A stretch of 64,000 bases of DNA from Candidatus Poribacteria bacterium (GCA_965220415.1 OZ244829.1:2283337-2347336); one strand, 5' to 3'; positions 51,610 to 60,934 are shown, numbered from the stretch's first letter. Translations and numbers: made by a program. Notes: generated by a model from the sequence alone, not told the origin.

Positions 51610-52869
51610 ATGCAGATTCAATCACCAAAGGGGACCAGAGATATCCTTCCCTCAGACATCCGAACCTGGCAGTGGGTAGAGAAAGTCGCGCGATCAGTTT
51701 TCGAGACCTACGGTTATCGGGAAATTCGCACACCGATTTTCGAGAGCACGGAGCTGTTTGTGCGCGGCGTCGGCGACACCACCGACATCGTCGAAAAGGA
51801 GATGTATACTTTCGACGACAAAGCCAACCGCAGCATTACGCTTCGTCCGGAAGGCACGGCGCCGGTGGTGCGCGCAATTCTCCAGAATCGACTGCTAGAG
51901 GGAACAAATGTGCTGAAACTGTACTACAATGGTCGAATGTACCGCTATGAAAGGCCGCAGGCTGGACGTTTCCGCGAACACTGGCAGGTGGGAGTGGAAG
52001 TCTTCGGGGCTGCGGGCCCCGCAGTTGACGCGGAAGTCATTACGTTAGCCCACCACTTCTACACGACACTCGGTTTCAAAGATTTGATGTTACACCTCAA
52101 CACTATCGGCGATCGCGCGTGCCGACCAAACTATGTGGCGGAGCTCAAGGCGTTCACGAAGAGCCGCCTCAATCAGTTTTGTAAGGAGTGCCAAGGACGC
52201 TACGGGCGCAATCCGCTGCGCCTTTTCGATTGCAAGAAAGGTTGCCGTGAAATTCTTGCCGAAGGTCCTCGACTGGTGGACTACCTGAATGAAGCATGCC
52301 GTGAACATTTCGACGCTGTCAAGCGTTATTTGGAATTGTCAAACATCGACTATACCGAAAATCCCGATCTGGTGAGGGGGATGGACTACTACTCTCGCAC
52401 CACGTTTGAATTTACCGCGGGCGGCCTCGGCGCACAGAACGCCATTGGCGGTGGCGGGCGTTACGATTATCTCGTCGAAGAACTCGGCAACAAGCCGACA
52501 CCGGGAATCGGGTTCGGGCTTGGGGTTGACCGCATCATACTTGCCCTGGAGGCGCAAAAGGTTGCGATTCCTACGCAGCCCCACGTCGAAGTCTTTATCG
52601 CCGTGCTCGGGGACGAGACGATGCCGGTCGCCTTTCAGTTGGCGCAACGCCTTCGGACGGGCGACATCCGAACCGAGCTTGAGTACACCGGGCGCAGCCT
52701 GAAAGCACAGATGAAAACGGCAAACAAGTTGGATGCGCGGTATGTCGTCATTCTCGGAGAAAATGAGATCAGCACCGAAACGGCGACTGTTCGAGATATG
52801 GAAACCGGCGACCAACAATCCATCCCGTTTGATCGATTAGCAGATGAACTCAGGAAACCACAAATCTAA
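51610..52869 (+). CDS. hisS: Histidine-tRNA ligase
   Basis: LRPEGTA, RYERPQAGRFRE, LVRGMDYY, GGGRYD. Confidence 0.97.
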   Translation: MQIQSPKGTRDILPSDIRTWQWVEKVARSVFETYGYREIRTPIFESTELFVRGVGDTTDIVEKEMYTFDDKANRSITLRPEGTAPVVRAILQNRLLEGTNVLKLYYNGRMYRYERPQAGRFREHWQVGVEVFGAAGPAVDAEVITLAHHFYTTLGFKDLMLHLNTIGDRACRPNYVAELKAFTKSRLNQFCKECQGRYGRNPLRLFDCKKGCREILAEGPRLVDYLNEACREHFDAVKRYLELSNIDYTENPDLVRGMDYYSRTTFEFTAGGLGAQNAIGGGGRYDYLVEELGNKPTPGIGFGLGVDRIILALEAQKVAIPTQPHVEVFIAVLGDETMPVAFQLAQRLRTGDIRTELEYTGRSLKAQMKTANKLDARYVVILGENEISTETATVRDMETGDQQSIPFDRLADELRKPQI

Positions 52870-52952
52870 GAGGCTTTCGTAGGGTGGGATCTGCGATCAC
52901 AAATCGCAGATTTCTTCTCTTACTGCCCACCAGCCTTTGACAACGCCAACGT

Positions 52953-53375
52953 GTGATGCCTCTCATGAACAACACATTGACCTACTCATACGACAAAGCA
53001 GCCGATGTGCTGTACATCTCATTTTCCCCGGGTGAGAAAGCAACAACGGCTGTCGAGCTGAATGATAATATCCTGTTGCGTTTCAATCGTGCTGAAAAAC
53101 GTGCAGTCGGTTTAACGCTCATGGATTTCTCGGTGTTGGTACAGTTCACTGATCTGGGCCCACGGAGTTTCCCATTGGTCGGATTGGGCGAACTTGAACC
53201 GGACTGGCGCGAAACGGTTATTGAAATTATCACCAAACCGCCCATGAGCGAAATCCTCAAAGTATCCGTCTATACACCTTCGTTGGCTGAGGCAGTTCCA
53301 ATCACGCTCATAGAAAAACCTCCGATTCCGATCGCAAGTTATACTCCGAGCTGTCAGAAATTGCGTCTTCTGTAG
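52953..53375 (+). CDS. DUF2283-like protein; last 11 aa supplied by a MITE
   Basis: YSYDKAADVLYISF motif; C-terminal YTPSCQKLRLL is MITE sequence. Confidence 0.75.
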   Translation: MMPLMNNTLTYSYDKAADVLYISFSPGEKATTAVELNDNILLRFNRAEKRAVGLTLMDFSVLVQFTDLGPRSFPLVGLGELEPDWRETVIEIITKPPMSEILKVSVYTPSLAEAVPITLIEKPPIPIASYTPSCQKLRLL

Positions 53376-53503
53376 GAGCGATCTCCAGGTCGCGACCCTT
53401 GTACGAGGGAACTCCGATTCCCGACCTACTGGTGCTACGTTAGTTCTATTAGAAACAATTATCACTGGAAAAGAAAGCGCAATAATACCCAACGCAAGGT
53501 ATA
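53340..53503 (+). mobile_element. MITE family A, copy 5 (empty allele)
   Basis: TA-TACTCCG...CAAGGTA-TA, 164 bp. Confidence 0.9.
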
Positions 53504-53576
53504 AACCAATTGTTCATGATGACCAGAGTTTGCCCAAGGGCCAAATTTTACAACAAGGAGAAACGAAATACACACA

Positions 53577-55574
53577 ATGCCTGAAATGAAAAGGACGCAC
53601 TATTGCGGAGAACTACGGCTCGCCGATGCTGGCACATCTGCCCGATTAACCGGCTGGGTCGCCCGCCGCCGCGACCACGGCGGCGTCATTTTCGTCGATT
53701 TGCGGGATCGGACGGGAATCACGCAGGTCGTTTTCGATCCGGAAATCGACCCCGAGCCGCACCAACTCGCACACCAGATCCGGAACGAATTTGTGTTGTG
53801 CGTCGCCGGAAGCGTGCGTGAGCGCGTGGAAGGCGATTTGTTGGCGCTGACCGATCAGAAGCACCAAGCCGACCTTGACACCGGTCACCTTTCCGAGGAT
53901 CTCAAATCCACGTTCGAGGACGATAGACATAAACTCTCGGCGGACGTAACGGTTACCGTTAGAGAAGCCGGAAGCCGGTGGCTCATCACCGACAATGAGA
54001 GCAGCCGAACCTACGCGGCGAAAATCGTTGATGATGCGCTCCATGTCTATCAGGGCACCATCAATCCGGAACTCGACACGGGCGAAATCGAACTGGCAAC
54101 GAATCATCTTGAGATTTTAAACCGCGCCGAAACCCCGCCGTTTCCCGTGGAGGATGAAATCGACACCGACGAGGAGATTCGCATGACGTACCGCTACGTC
54201 GATCTCCGCCGTCCCAAGATGCAAGAGATGTTATCGGTTCGACACAAAGCCGTTCTCGCCGCCCGGAAGTACATGGATGAACAGGGGTTTCTTGAAATCG
54301 AAACCCCAATCCTGATGAACAGCACGCCCGAAGGTGCGCGGGACGTGCTCAGCCCAAGCCGACTCAATGCCGGCAACTTTTACGCGCTGCCGCAATCGCC
54401 GCAACAGTTCAAGCAGATTCTAATGATGAGCGGTGTCGATCGCTACTTCCAGATTCCCCGCTGTTTCCGCGATGAGGACACCCGCGCCGATCGACAGCTC
54501 GAGTTCACGCAACTCGATCTTGAGATGTCTTTCGCAACGGTAGATGAGGTCCTCGAAGTCAGCGAAGGACTGATGAAACGGATGTTCGAGGAAGCCGCTG
54601 GCACTCCCGTACCCACACCGTTTCCGCGCATCTCCTACCACGACTCCATGGCGCGGTTCGGCAACGACAAACCGGACACCCGTTTCGGAATGGAGCTGTC
54701 CGACCTCTCCGACCTCGTCGCCGACTGCGATTTCAAGGTGTTTACCGGTGCCTTGGAACAAAAGGGACAGGTGAAAGGAATCGCCGTTCCGGGTGGAGCC
54801 GCGTTTTCCCGAAAAGAGATTGAGGACCTGACCGAATTTGTCGCCATCTACAAGGCGAGAGGACTGGCGTGGATAAAAGTGACCGAGAAGGGATTCGAGT
54901 CTAGCATCGTCAAGTTCTTCAGCGAGGAAACCCTCAAAGCTGTGGCCGAGCGGATGGAAGCAAAACCGGGTGACATCATGATGTTCGTCGCCGACCGGCC
55001 GAAGACTGTCGCCGACGCCCTGTCTAACCTCCGACTTCACCTTGGACGGCAACTCGGTCTCATCGACGAGAGCCGTTTCGATTTCCTGTGGATTGTCGAT
55101 TACCCGCTATTCGACTGGAACGAAGACGAAAACCGTTACGAACCCTTCCACCATCTCTTTACCGCGCCCACCGACGACAGCATTCCGCTCTTGGAGTCCG
55201 ATCCTGGGGACGCCCAATCGCAGCACTACGATCTTGTAATCAATGGCATAGAGATCTGCAGCGGCAGCGTCCGAATCCATCGCTGGGATATTCAACAGAA
55301 GGTGCTGGAAATCCTGAACATCGGACCCGAGGAGGTCGAGAAGCGGTACGGCTACTTCATCAAAGCCTTGCAGCACGGCACGCCGCCGCACGCCGGAATT
55401 GCGCCCGGTCTGGATCGCATCGTCATGCTGATGACCGGCGAGGAAAATATCCGAGAAGTCATCGCCTTCCCCAAAACCCAAAAAGGCTTATGCCTCCTTA
55501 CCAGTGCCCCCTCCACGGTCACCGACGAGCAGTTGGAAGAGTTGTCGATCAAGGTGGATTTGGAACAGGAATAA
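53577..55574 (+). CDS. aspS: Aspartate-tRNA ligase (probably non-discriminating) with a ~74-aa insertion
   Basis: RRRDHGG, TPEGARD, LPQSPQ, CFRDED, GLDR; follows hisS. Confidence 0.96.
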   Translation: MPEMKRTHYCGELRLADAGTSARLTGWVARRRDHGGVIFVDLRDRTGITQVVFDPEIDPEPHQLAHQIRNEFVLCVAGSVRERVEGDLLALTDQKHQADLDTGHLSEDLKSTFEDDRHKLSADVTVTVREAGSRWLITDNESSRTYAAKIVDDALHVYQGTINPELDTGEIELATNHLEILNRAETPPFPVEDEIDTDEEIRMTYRYVDLRRPKMQEMLSVRHKAVLAARKYMDEQGFLEIETPILMNSTPEGARDVLSPSRLNAGNFYALPQSPQQFKQILMMSGVDRYFQIPRCFRDEDTRADRQLEFTQLDLEMSFATVDEVLEVSEGLMKRMFEEAAGTPVPTPFPRISYHDSMARFGNDKPDTRFGMELSDLSDLVADCDFKVFTGALEQKGQVKGIAVPGGAAFSRKEIEDLTEFVAIYKARGLAWIKVTEKGFESSIVKFFSEETLKAVAERMEAKPGDIMMFVADRPKTVADALSNLRLHLGRQLGLIDESRFDFLWIVDYPLFDWNEDENRYEPFHHLFTAPTDDSIPLLESDPGDAQSQHYDLVINGIEICSGSVRIHRWDIQQKVLEILNIGPEEVEKRYGYFIKALQHGTPPHAGIAPGLDRIVMLMTGEENIREVIAFPKTQKGLCLLTSAPSTVTDEQLEELSIKVDLEQE

Positions 55575-55594
55575 CCCGCGAGGTGGAAGACTTT

Positions 55595-55687
55595 GTAGGG
55601 ACAACCCCCCGTGGTTGTCCTTGCGGATTCCTTCACAACGGGATGGATTGGACGTGCCCAGTCTTGTAGGGTGGGCACTGCCCACCG
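55595..55687 (+). repeat. Pair of GTAG-type REP-like hairpins
   Basis: gtagggacaacc-cccgt-ggttgtcc and gtagggtgggca-c-tgcccacc. Confidence 0.7.
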
Positions 55688-55939
55688 CAAAGGATTTCGC
55701 AAGCGCCAAGTCGGTCTACGATCTCAAACTACGCCGTATTTTCCACTAGCCAAAATATCTAGGAAAGGGTATGATATCAAAATTGAACGCCAACCAATGC
55801 GGGAATTTGATGTCCTCGAAACTGCGTTTAACCCACGCGAATGTGGGGCCAGCGACCTACTCTTTCACTTGCTCCGACCATTTGAATTTACTTTAAATGC
55901 TGGCAGATATGGAATAGAGCTTACTATTAGGAGAGCATC

Positions 55940-57277
55940 ATGACAGCTGAAGTTGCAGTGATGAATAAACAAGCAATCGCCCTCGCAGCAGATAGCGCAG
56001 CCACATTTCGTGATGAATTAGGACAGAAAATCTTTACGTCGGCAAGCAAGATTTTTACTTTGTCCAAATATCACCCCGTGGGAGTGATGGTCTATGGTAG
56101 TGCAAGTATCATGGGCATTCCGTGGGAGACAGTCATTAAGATTTACAGAAGTCAATTGGAGAAGGAGGGATTTGACTACGTTACAGACTATGCTGAACAT
56201 TTAATCTCATTCCTGACCCAGGGAGAGCTATTGTCCTCCGAACACGAAGAAGAATATTATGTAAAATCCTCTATCTATAGCTATTTTGACCATATTGTGA
56301 CCGAGATTGACCGGAAAATAAAAAACATCATCAAAAACGAAGGAGAGCAAAAAGAGGAGAGGGTAAAAGAGATTTTTTCGGAAGTTATCCGGAGTCACTT
56401 CAATAGGTGGAAGAATGCGGACCTGCTTCAACAAGCCCCGGCAGATTGGACTGCTACTTTAAAACAGAAACATGGCAAATCAATACAAGACGCCAAGAAA
56501 CACTTTTTTAAAAATGTGTCAAATGTGACTTCAAGGCATTTAACCGAAATTGCCGTCAGTCTTTTTGTTAAATATCCCAAAGGTATGATTCTGTCCAATA
56601 CATCTGGAGTTGTAGTTGCTGGTTTTGGCACAAAAGATGTTTTTCCCGCCCTTGTTCCTTTTTCAATTGATGGTGAAGCATGTGGTTTCATGAAATACAA
56701 AAGGAACGAGGAGAAGTCTAGAGAAATAGCATTACATAATGACGCGTCAATTATTCCATTCGCTCAAGACGATATGGTTGCAACCTTCATGGAAGGTGTC
56801 GACCGAAAATATCAAATTACTCTTGAGAAAGGCCTGCATGAGTTGTTTACGTCGTATCCAGATATTCTTGTCGACAGTATCAACAAATTTAGCGTTCAAG
56901 AGAAGATCGAATGGAAGTCGAAACTGCGAGCAATCTCTGATGAGATGTTATCTGAATATCGTGATCGATTGCATGACATTCGCACGAAATTCTACGTGAA
57001 CTCTATTATGAGAGTTGTTCGTATGCTTCCCAAAGATGAACTTGCTGCAATGGCGGAATCACTCATTAACTTGACCTCCTTCAAAAGACGGGTTTCAATG
57101 GAGGAAGAAACAGTCGGCGGTCCAATTGATGTAGCTGTTATTTCCAAAGGTGATGGTTTTATTTGGATAAAACGAAAACACTATTTTGACCGTGAGTTAA
57201 ACCAACAGTTCTTTGCGAATTACTATAAGGAGATACGAGACGATGCAAGCCAAGAAGGAACAAACGAAACCGCCTGA
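55940..57277 (+). CDS. Ntn-hydrolase/proteasome-beta-like protein with large helical insertion
   Basis: N-terminus (M)T...ALAADS...KIF, later VVVAGF, C-terminal TVGGPIDVAVI; AT-rich. Confidence 0.65.
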   Translation: MTAEVAVMNKQAIALAADSAATFRDELGQKIFTSASKIFTLSKYHPVGVMVYGSASIMGIPWETVIKIYRSQLEKEGFDYVTDYAEHLISFLTQGELLSSEHEEEYYVKSSIYSYFDHIVTEIDRKIKNIIKNEGEQKEERVKEIFSEVIRSHFNRWKNADLLQQAPADWTATLKQKHGKSIQDAKKHFFKNVSNVTSRHLTEIAVSLFVKYPKGMILSNTSGVVVAGFGTKDVFPALVPFSIDGEACGFMKYKRNEEKSREIALHNDASIIPFAQDDMVATFMEGVDRKYQITLEKGLHELFTSYPDILVDSINKFSVQEKIEWKSKLRAISDEMLSEYRDRLHDIRTKFYVNSIMRVVRMLPKDELAAMAESLINLTSFKRRVSMEEETVGGPIDVAVISKGDGFIWIKRKHYFDRELNQQFFANYYKEIRDDASQEGTNETA

Positions 57278-57428
57278 AAAGGTGTTTCGCTCTATAGAGG
57301 AGATTAGGGACCACTTCTTCCCAAATTTCTATGAGAAGGAAGAACGGAGGGACCAAAATCCTGAGACTTCTGGGTTAGGTTTGGCTGAAGATATCCTGGA
57401 GCAAATTCGACACAAACTTCGTGAATGA
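57243..57428 (+). CDS. Small charged hypothetical protein overlapping the upstream gene
   Basis: MQAKKEQ... with AAGGAG upstream; about 61 aa. Confidence 0.5.
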   Translation: MQAKKEQTKPPEKVFRSIEEIRDHFFPNFYEKEERRDQNPETSGLGLAEDILEQIRHKLRE

Positions 57429-57656
57429 ACCACATATAAAATCAGAGAATTCTTTTCACCTCAGAGCAGGAGTGCGCCTCCCCTCCATCCAATGCCATCT
57501 AGCCGCATCATCGGTTCAGGCAATCTCATACCCTACATGCCGACTATGCCCTTGACCGAGACGCCTTAAATACTGACGGTTCAAATCTCTTTCGTAAATA
57601 TCAACAACGCCCCCGTACATTCAGAAATCCCAAAACACCCTCACGGAGAAACACCT

Positions 57657-60596
57657 ATGCCACGAAACAACCGCACCTCCCAATCCCCCGAAATCCAAGA
57701 CTACCGCCACGACTCCGCCACTCGAAGAAACAACCCGCCCGCCGGCATCGCCTCCCACGGCGGGCTCCGCGAAAAGCCCAAGCAAGAATACGCCTACAAC
57801 CCCCACCTGCCGCCCGTCCTCCGATTCGACGACACCGGTGACGCCGACCAGATTCCCGAACTCCTCCAAATAGCGCAACAGCGCCCCCTCACCGATGACG
57901 AGGCGAGAATCCTCGCAGACGCCTTGAAAGACCGCGCCCCGTGGCTCGAATGGGCGGGCAAACAGGAGGCGAAATCCTTCGCCGTTGACCCCGTGGCGCT
58001 GCATATCCACGAACGCCTGAGCGCCAAAGCCATCCTGAGCGTTGCGGCACGCCAAGATGTCCAACGCGACCTCTTCGCCGACCCGCAGCAGGAATACCGC
58101 GAAGCCGTGCAGTTCTACCAGCACGACGTGGATTGGTCGAACCGCCTCATCTTGGGCGATAGCCTCACCGTCATGAGTTCCCTCGCGCACCGGGAAGACC
58201 TTGCGGGCAAGGTACAGATGATATACATCGACCCGCCCTACGGCATCAACTACCATTCGAATTTTCAACCCACCGTCTTTGAGCGTGATGTAAAGGAAAA
58301 AGCGAGCGACCTAACCCGCGAGCGGGAGCAGATCAAAGCCTACCGTGACACTTGGACACTTGGTGTCCACTCCTACCTCGCCTACCTGCGTGACCGTCTG
58401 ATTGTTGCAAGGGACCTGTTGACCGACAGCGGAAGCATCTTTGTGCAAATTAGCGATGAAAATATCCATCGTGTGCGCAGCGTAATGGACGAGGTGTTTG
58501 GGCAGGAAAATTTTGTCGTGGGTATTGTCGTTACAAAAACAGGAAGTCATTCCGGCGAATTGCTTGAACCCATTAACAATCACGTTATATGGTTCGCAAA
58601 AGACAAAACTAAGATTCGAAGTAGAAAATTGTTTGTAGAGCGGGAATGGTCACCTGTAAATACAGGTGGTTTTAACAATTATTACAATGATGTCGGAAAC
58701 GTTGTTGACGCAAAGACTTCACCGCCGAAGGGTAAGAATATGCTTTTTAGAGGCGATCCTATGCTAAGTAGCGGCCACCGTGAAACAACCTCTTGTGATA
58801 TTGAACTTGACGGTAGAATATTTAGTTCTGGATATGCTTATAACTGGAAGGTAAACGTGGATGGCGTAAAAAGGCTTCACAAGAGCGGACGTACTTTAAC
58901 GAGCGGAAGATCAATTTCCTACAGAAGATATTTCGGAGATTTTCCTGTCAAATATATTTCAAATATATGGAACGATCTCGGAGGCGCATCAGGTTTGATT
59001 TATACCGTCCAAACGAACGAACTGATTATCCAGCGATGTCTCCTCATGACTACAGACCCCGGCGATCTCGTTCTCGATCCGACCTGCGGAAGTGGCACCA
59101 CCGCCTATGTTGCTGAGGGTTGGGGCAGACGCTGGATAACCATTGACACCAGCCGCGTGGCAGTTGCCTTGGCACGTCAACGCCTTTTGACGGTTAACTT
59201 CAACTACTACAAAATCAAAGACGAATCGAAAGGCGTGGCGGGCGGATTCATCAACAAGATCGTCCCGCACATCCAACTCAACAGCATCGCCCAAAACACC
59301 GCGCTTGACCCCATCTTCGCAAAGCATGAACCCATTCTTGAGGGTAAGTTGAAGACACTGAACCGCGCATTAGAACGTGTAACGTCTGAGATTCGGACGG
59401 AACTGCGCGCCAAACTCGCGGAGAAACAGCGGCGCGAGGGTAAAAAAGCCGTCACCGATGCCGACCGGAGACGCTGGGAACTCCCTAAGAGCGCGTGGAA
59501 GGAGTGGGACGTGCCGTTTGATACCGACCCCGACTGGCCTCCCGAGTTGAAGAAAGCCTTGACCGACTATCGAACCGCATGGCGGGGGAAGATGGACGAG
59601 GTGAACGAATGCATCGCCGCCGCGTCCGATAGCGAGGAACTCGTCGATCAGCCGGAGGTGGACAAAAAGAAACTGCGGGTAAGCGGTCCCTTCACCGTGG
59701 AGGCGGTGCAACCTGCCGAAGAATCGCTCCACGATGATTCGCCGCTTGGGGGTGAACCCGACGAAGAACTTGAGACTTTCGAGTCTGGGGGCAACGGGAG
59801 CGCGGCTAACGCCGAAGCCTATCTTGACGGCATGATTCGTCTGCTCCGAAACGACGGCGTCCGTTTTCCAAATAACCGTACCATGAAATTCGCGACGCTG
59901 GACGCGCTTGAAGCTGATGTTCTCCACGCTAAGGGAAGCTGGGAAGATGATGCTGCAGAACGCGAGGTTGCCGTAGCCTTCGGTCCCCAACACGGCCCTG
60001 TGACCGCGATGCAAGTCGAGGAGTGTCTGAGAATTGCATCTCGGCGCGGGGTTGATGAACTTGTATTTGCGGGATTCAGCTTCGATGGCGCCGCCCAAGC
60101 CGCTATTGGCGACGACCCGAACCCTAACGTCCGTATCCACATGGCGTACATCAACCCCGACGTGGCGATGGGTGGCTTACTCAAAGAGACGCCCACCAGT
60201 CAACTCTTCACCGTATTCGGCGAACCCCGCACAAAACTTGATACTACGGAAGATGGTGAGTACGTCGTCACAATGGAGGGTGTTGATGTCTACAATCCCG
60301 TCGACAACATGGTGACCTCCGAAGGGGCAGACAAGGTGGCAGCCTGGTTCATTGACTCCGACTACGACGGCAGAACCTTCTGCATCACGCAAGCCTTCTT
60401 CCCCGACAAGAAAGCCTGGAGCAAAATTGCCCGTGCTCTCAAAGGTGTCATTGACGAGGAGCGTTTTGAGAGTTTCAGCGAGACGGCCTCATTGCCGTTT
60501 CCTGCAGGCGAACACCAGCGCGTCGCCGTCAAAGTCATCGACCCCCGCGGAAACGAAGTCATGCGCGTCCACAACCTCGGCGACCAAACCTATTGA
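57657..60596 (+). CDS. Type III R-M adenine methyltransferase (Mod)
   Basis: IYIDPPYG (motif IV), LDPTCGSGTT (motif I), C-terminal VAVKVIDPRGNE. Confidence 0.9.
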   Translation: MPRNNRTSQSPEIQDYRHDSATRRNNPPAGIASHGGLREKPKQEYAYNPHLPPVLRFDDTGDADQIPELLQIAQQRPLTDDEARILADALKDRAPWLEWAGKQEAKSFAVDPVALHIHERLSAKAILSVAARQDVQRDLFADPQQEYREAVQFYQHDVDWSNRLILGDSLTVMSSLAHREDLAGKVQMIYIDPPYGINYHSNFQPTVFERDVKEKASDLTREREQIKAYRDTWTLGVHSYLAYLRDRLIVARDLLTDSGSIFVQISDENIHRVRSVMDEVFGQENFVVGIVVTKTGSHSGELLEPINNHVIWFAKDKTKIRSRKLFVEREWSPVNTGGFNNYYNDVGNVVDAKTSPPKGKNMLFRGDPMLSSGHRETTSCDIELDGRIFSSGYAYNWKVNVDGVKRLHKSGRTLTSGRSISYRRYFGDFPVKYISNIWNDLGGASGLIYTVQTNELIIQRCLLMTTDPGDLVLDPTCGSGTTAYVAEGWGRRWITIDTSRVAVALARQRLLTVNFNYYKIKDESKGVAGGFINKIVPHIQLNSIAQNTALDPIFAKHEPILEGKLKTLNRALERVTSEIRTELRAKLAEKQRREGKKAVTDADRRRWELPKSAWKEWDVPFDTDPDWPPELKKALTDYRTAWRGKMDEVNECIAAASDSEELVDQPEVDKKKLRVSGPFTVEAVQPAEESLHDDSPLGGEPDEELETFESGGNGSAANAEAYLDGMIRLLRNDGVRFPNNRTMKFATLDALEADVLHAKGSWEDDAAEREVAVAFGPQHGPVTAMQVEECLRIASRRGVDELVFAGFSFDGAAQAAIGDDPNPNVRIHMAYINPDVAMGGLLKETPTSQLFTVFGEPRTKLDTTEDGEYVVTMEGVDVYNPVDNMVTSEGADKVAAWFIDSDYDGRTFCITQAFFPDKKAWSKIARALKGVIDEERFESFSETASLPFPAGEHQRVAVKVIDPRGNEVMRVHNLGDQTY

Positions 60597-60690
60597 AGTA
60601 GTAGGCATACTCCGTATGCCGTAACCATCGTGCAAATGACGACACGACAGAGAGAGCAAGCGAGCGGATAGTGAGTGTGACGGAGATCTT
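60597..60690 (+). repeat. REP gtaggcatactccgtatgcc plus a degenerate 36-nt element (~60655-60690)
   Basis: REP identical to the one at 51153; caagcgagcggatagtgagtgtgacggagatctt. Confidence 0.65.
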
Positions 60691-60764
60691 CTTGCCCCGC
60701 ATTGGAGAGACTTGCTTAACGCCAATAATGCAGTACGAATCTAGAGAAATGGTATAAATACAAT

Positions 60765-60934
60765 GTAACAGTTTAGTGCACCGTTTGGTTCGTAGTAGTG
60801 CAATTCATTGCACGTCCGTTCTGGGCATGTAAGCCCCCGATTCGTCGGAGTTAGCATTGTACTTCCCCACTCGGCGCGTTCTATGCCTGCTCGGTCTGGA
60901 TTGGCAAATCCAGACCGGTGGACTAAACAATTAC
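60765..60934 (+). mobile_element. MITE family B, copy 2
   Basis: Highly similar to 43579-43750; TIR gtaacagtttagt/actaaacaattac; no clear TSD. Confidence 0.85.

Noticed and set aside
53835-54056. Intein or intron in aspS
   Set aside because: No N-terminal C/S or C-terminal (H)N-C/S/T, too short for a mini-intein, and the frame is open with ordinary composition
57621-60574. Long antisense ORFs opposite mod (and opposite aspS, clpX-like, larA-like and hisC)
   Set aside because: Shadow frames of GC-rich coding genes with no recognisable motifs
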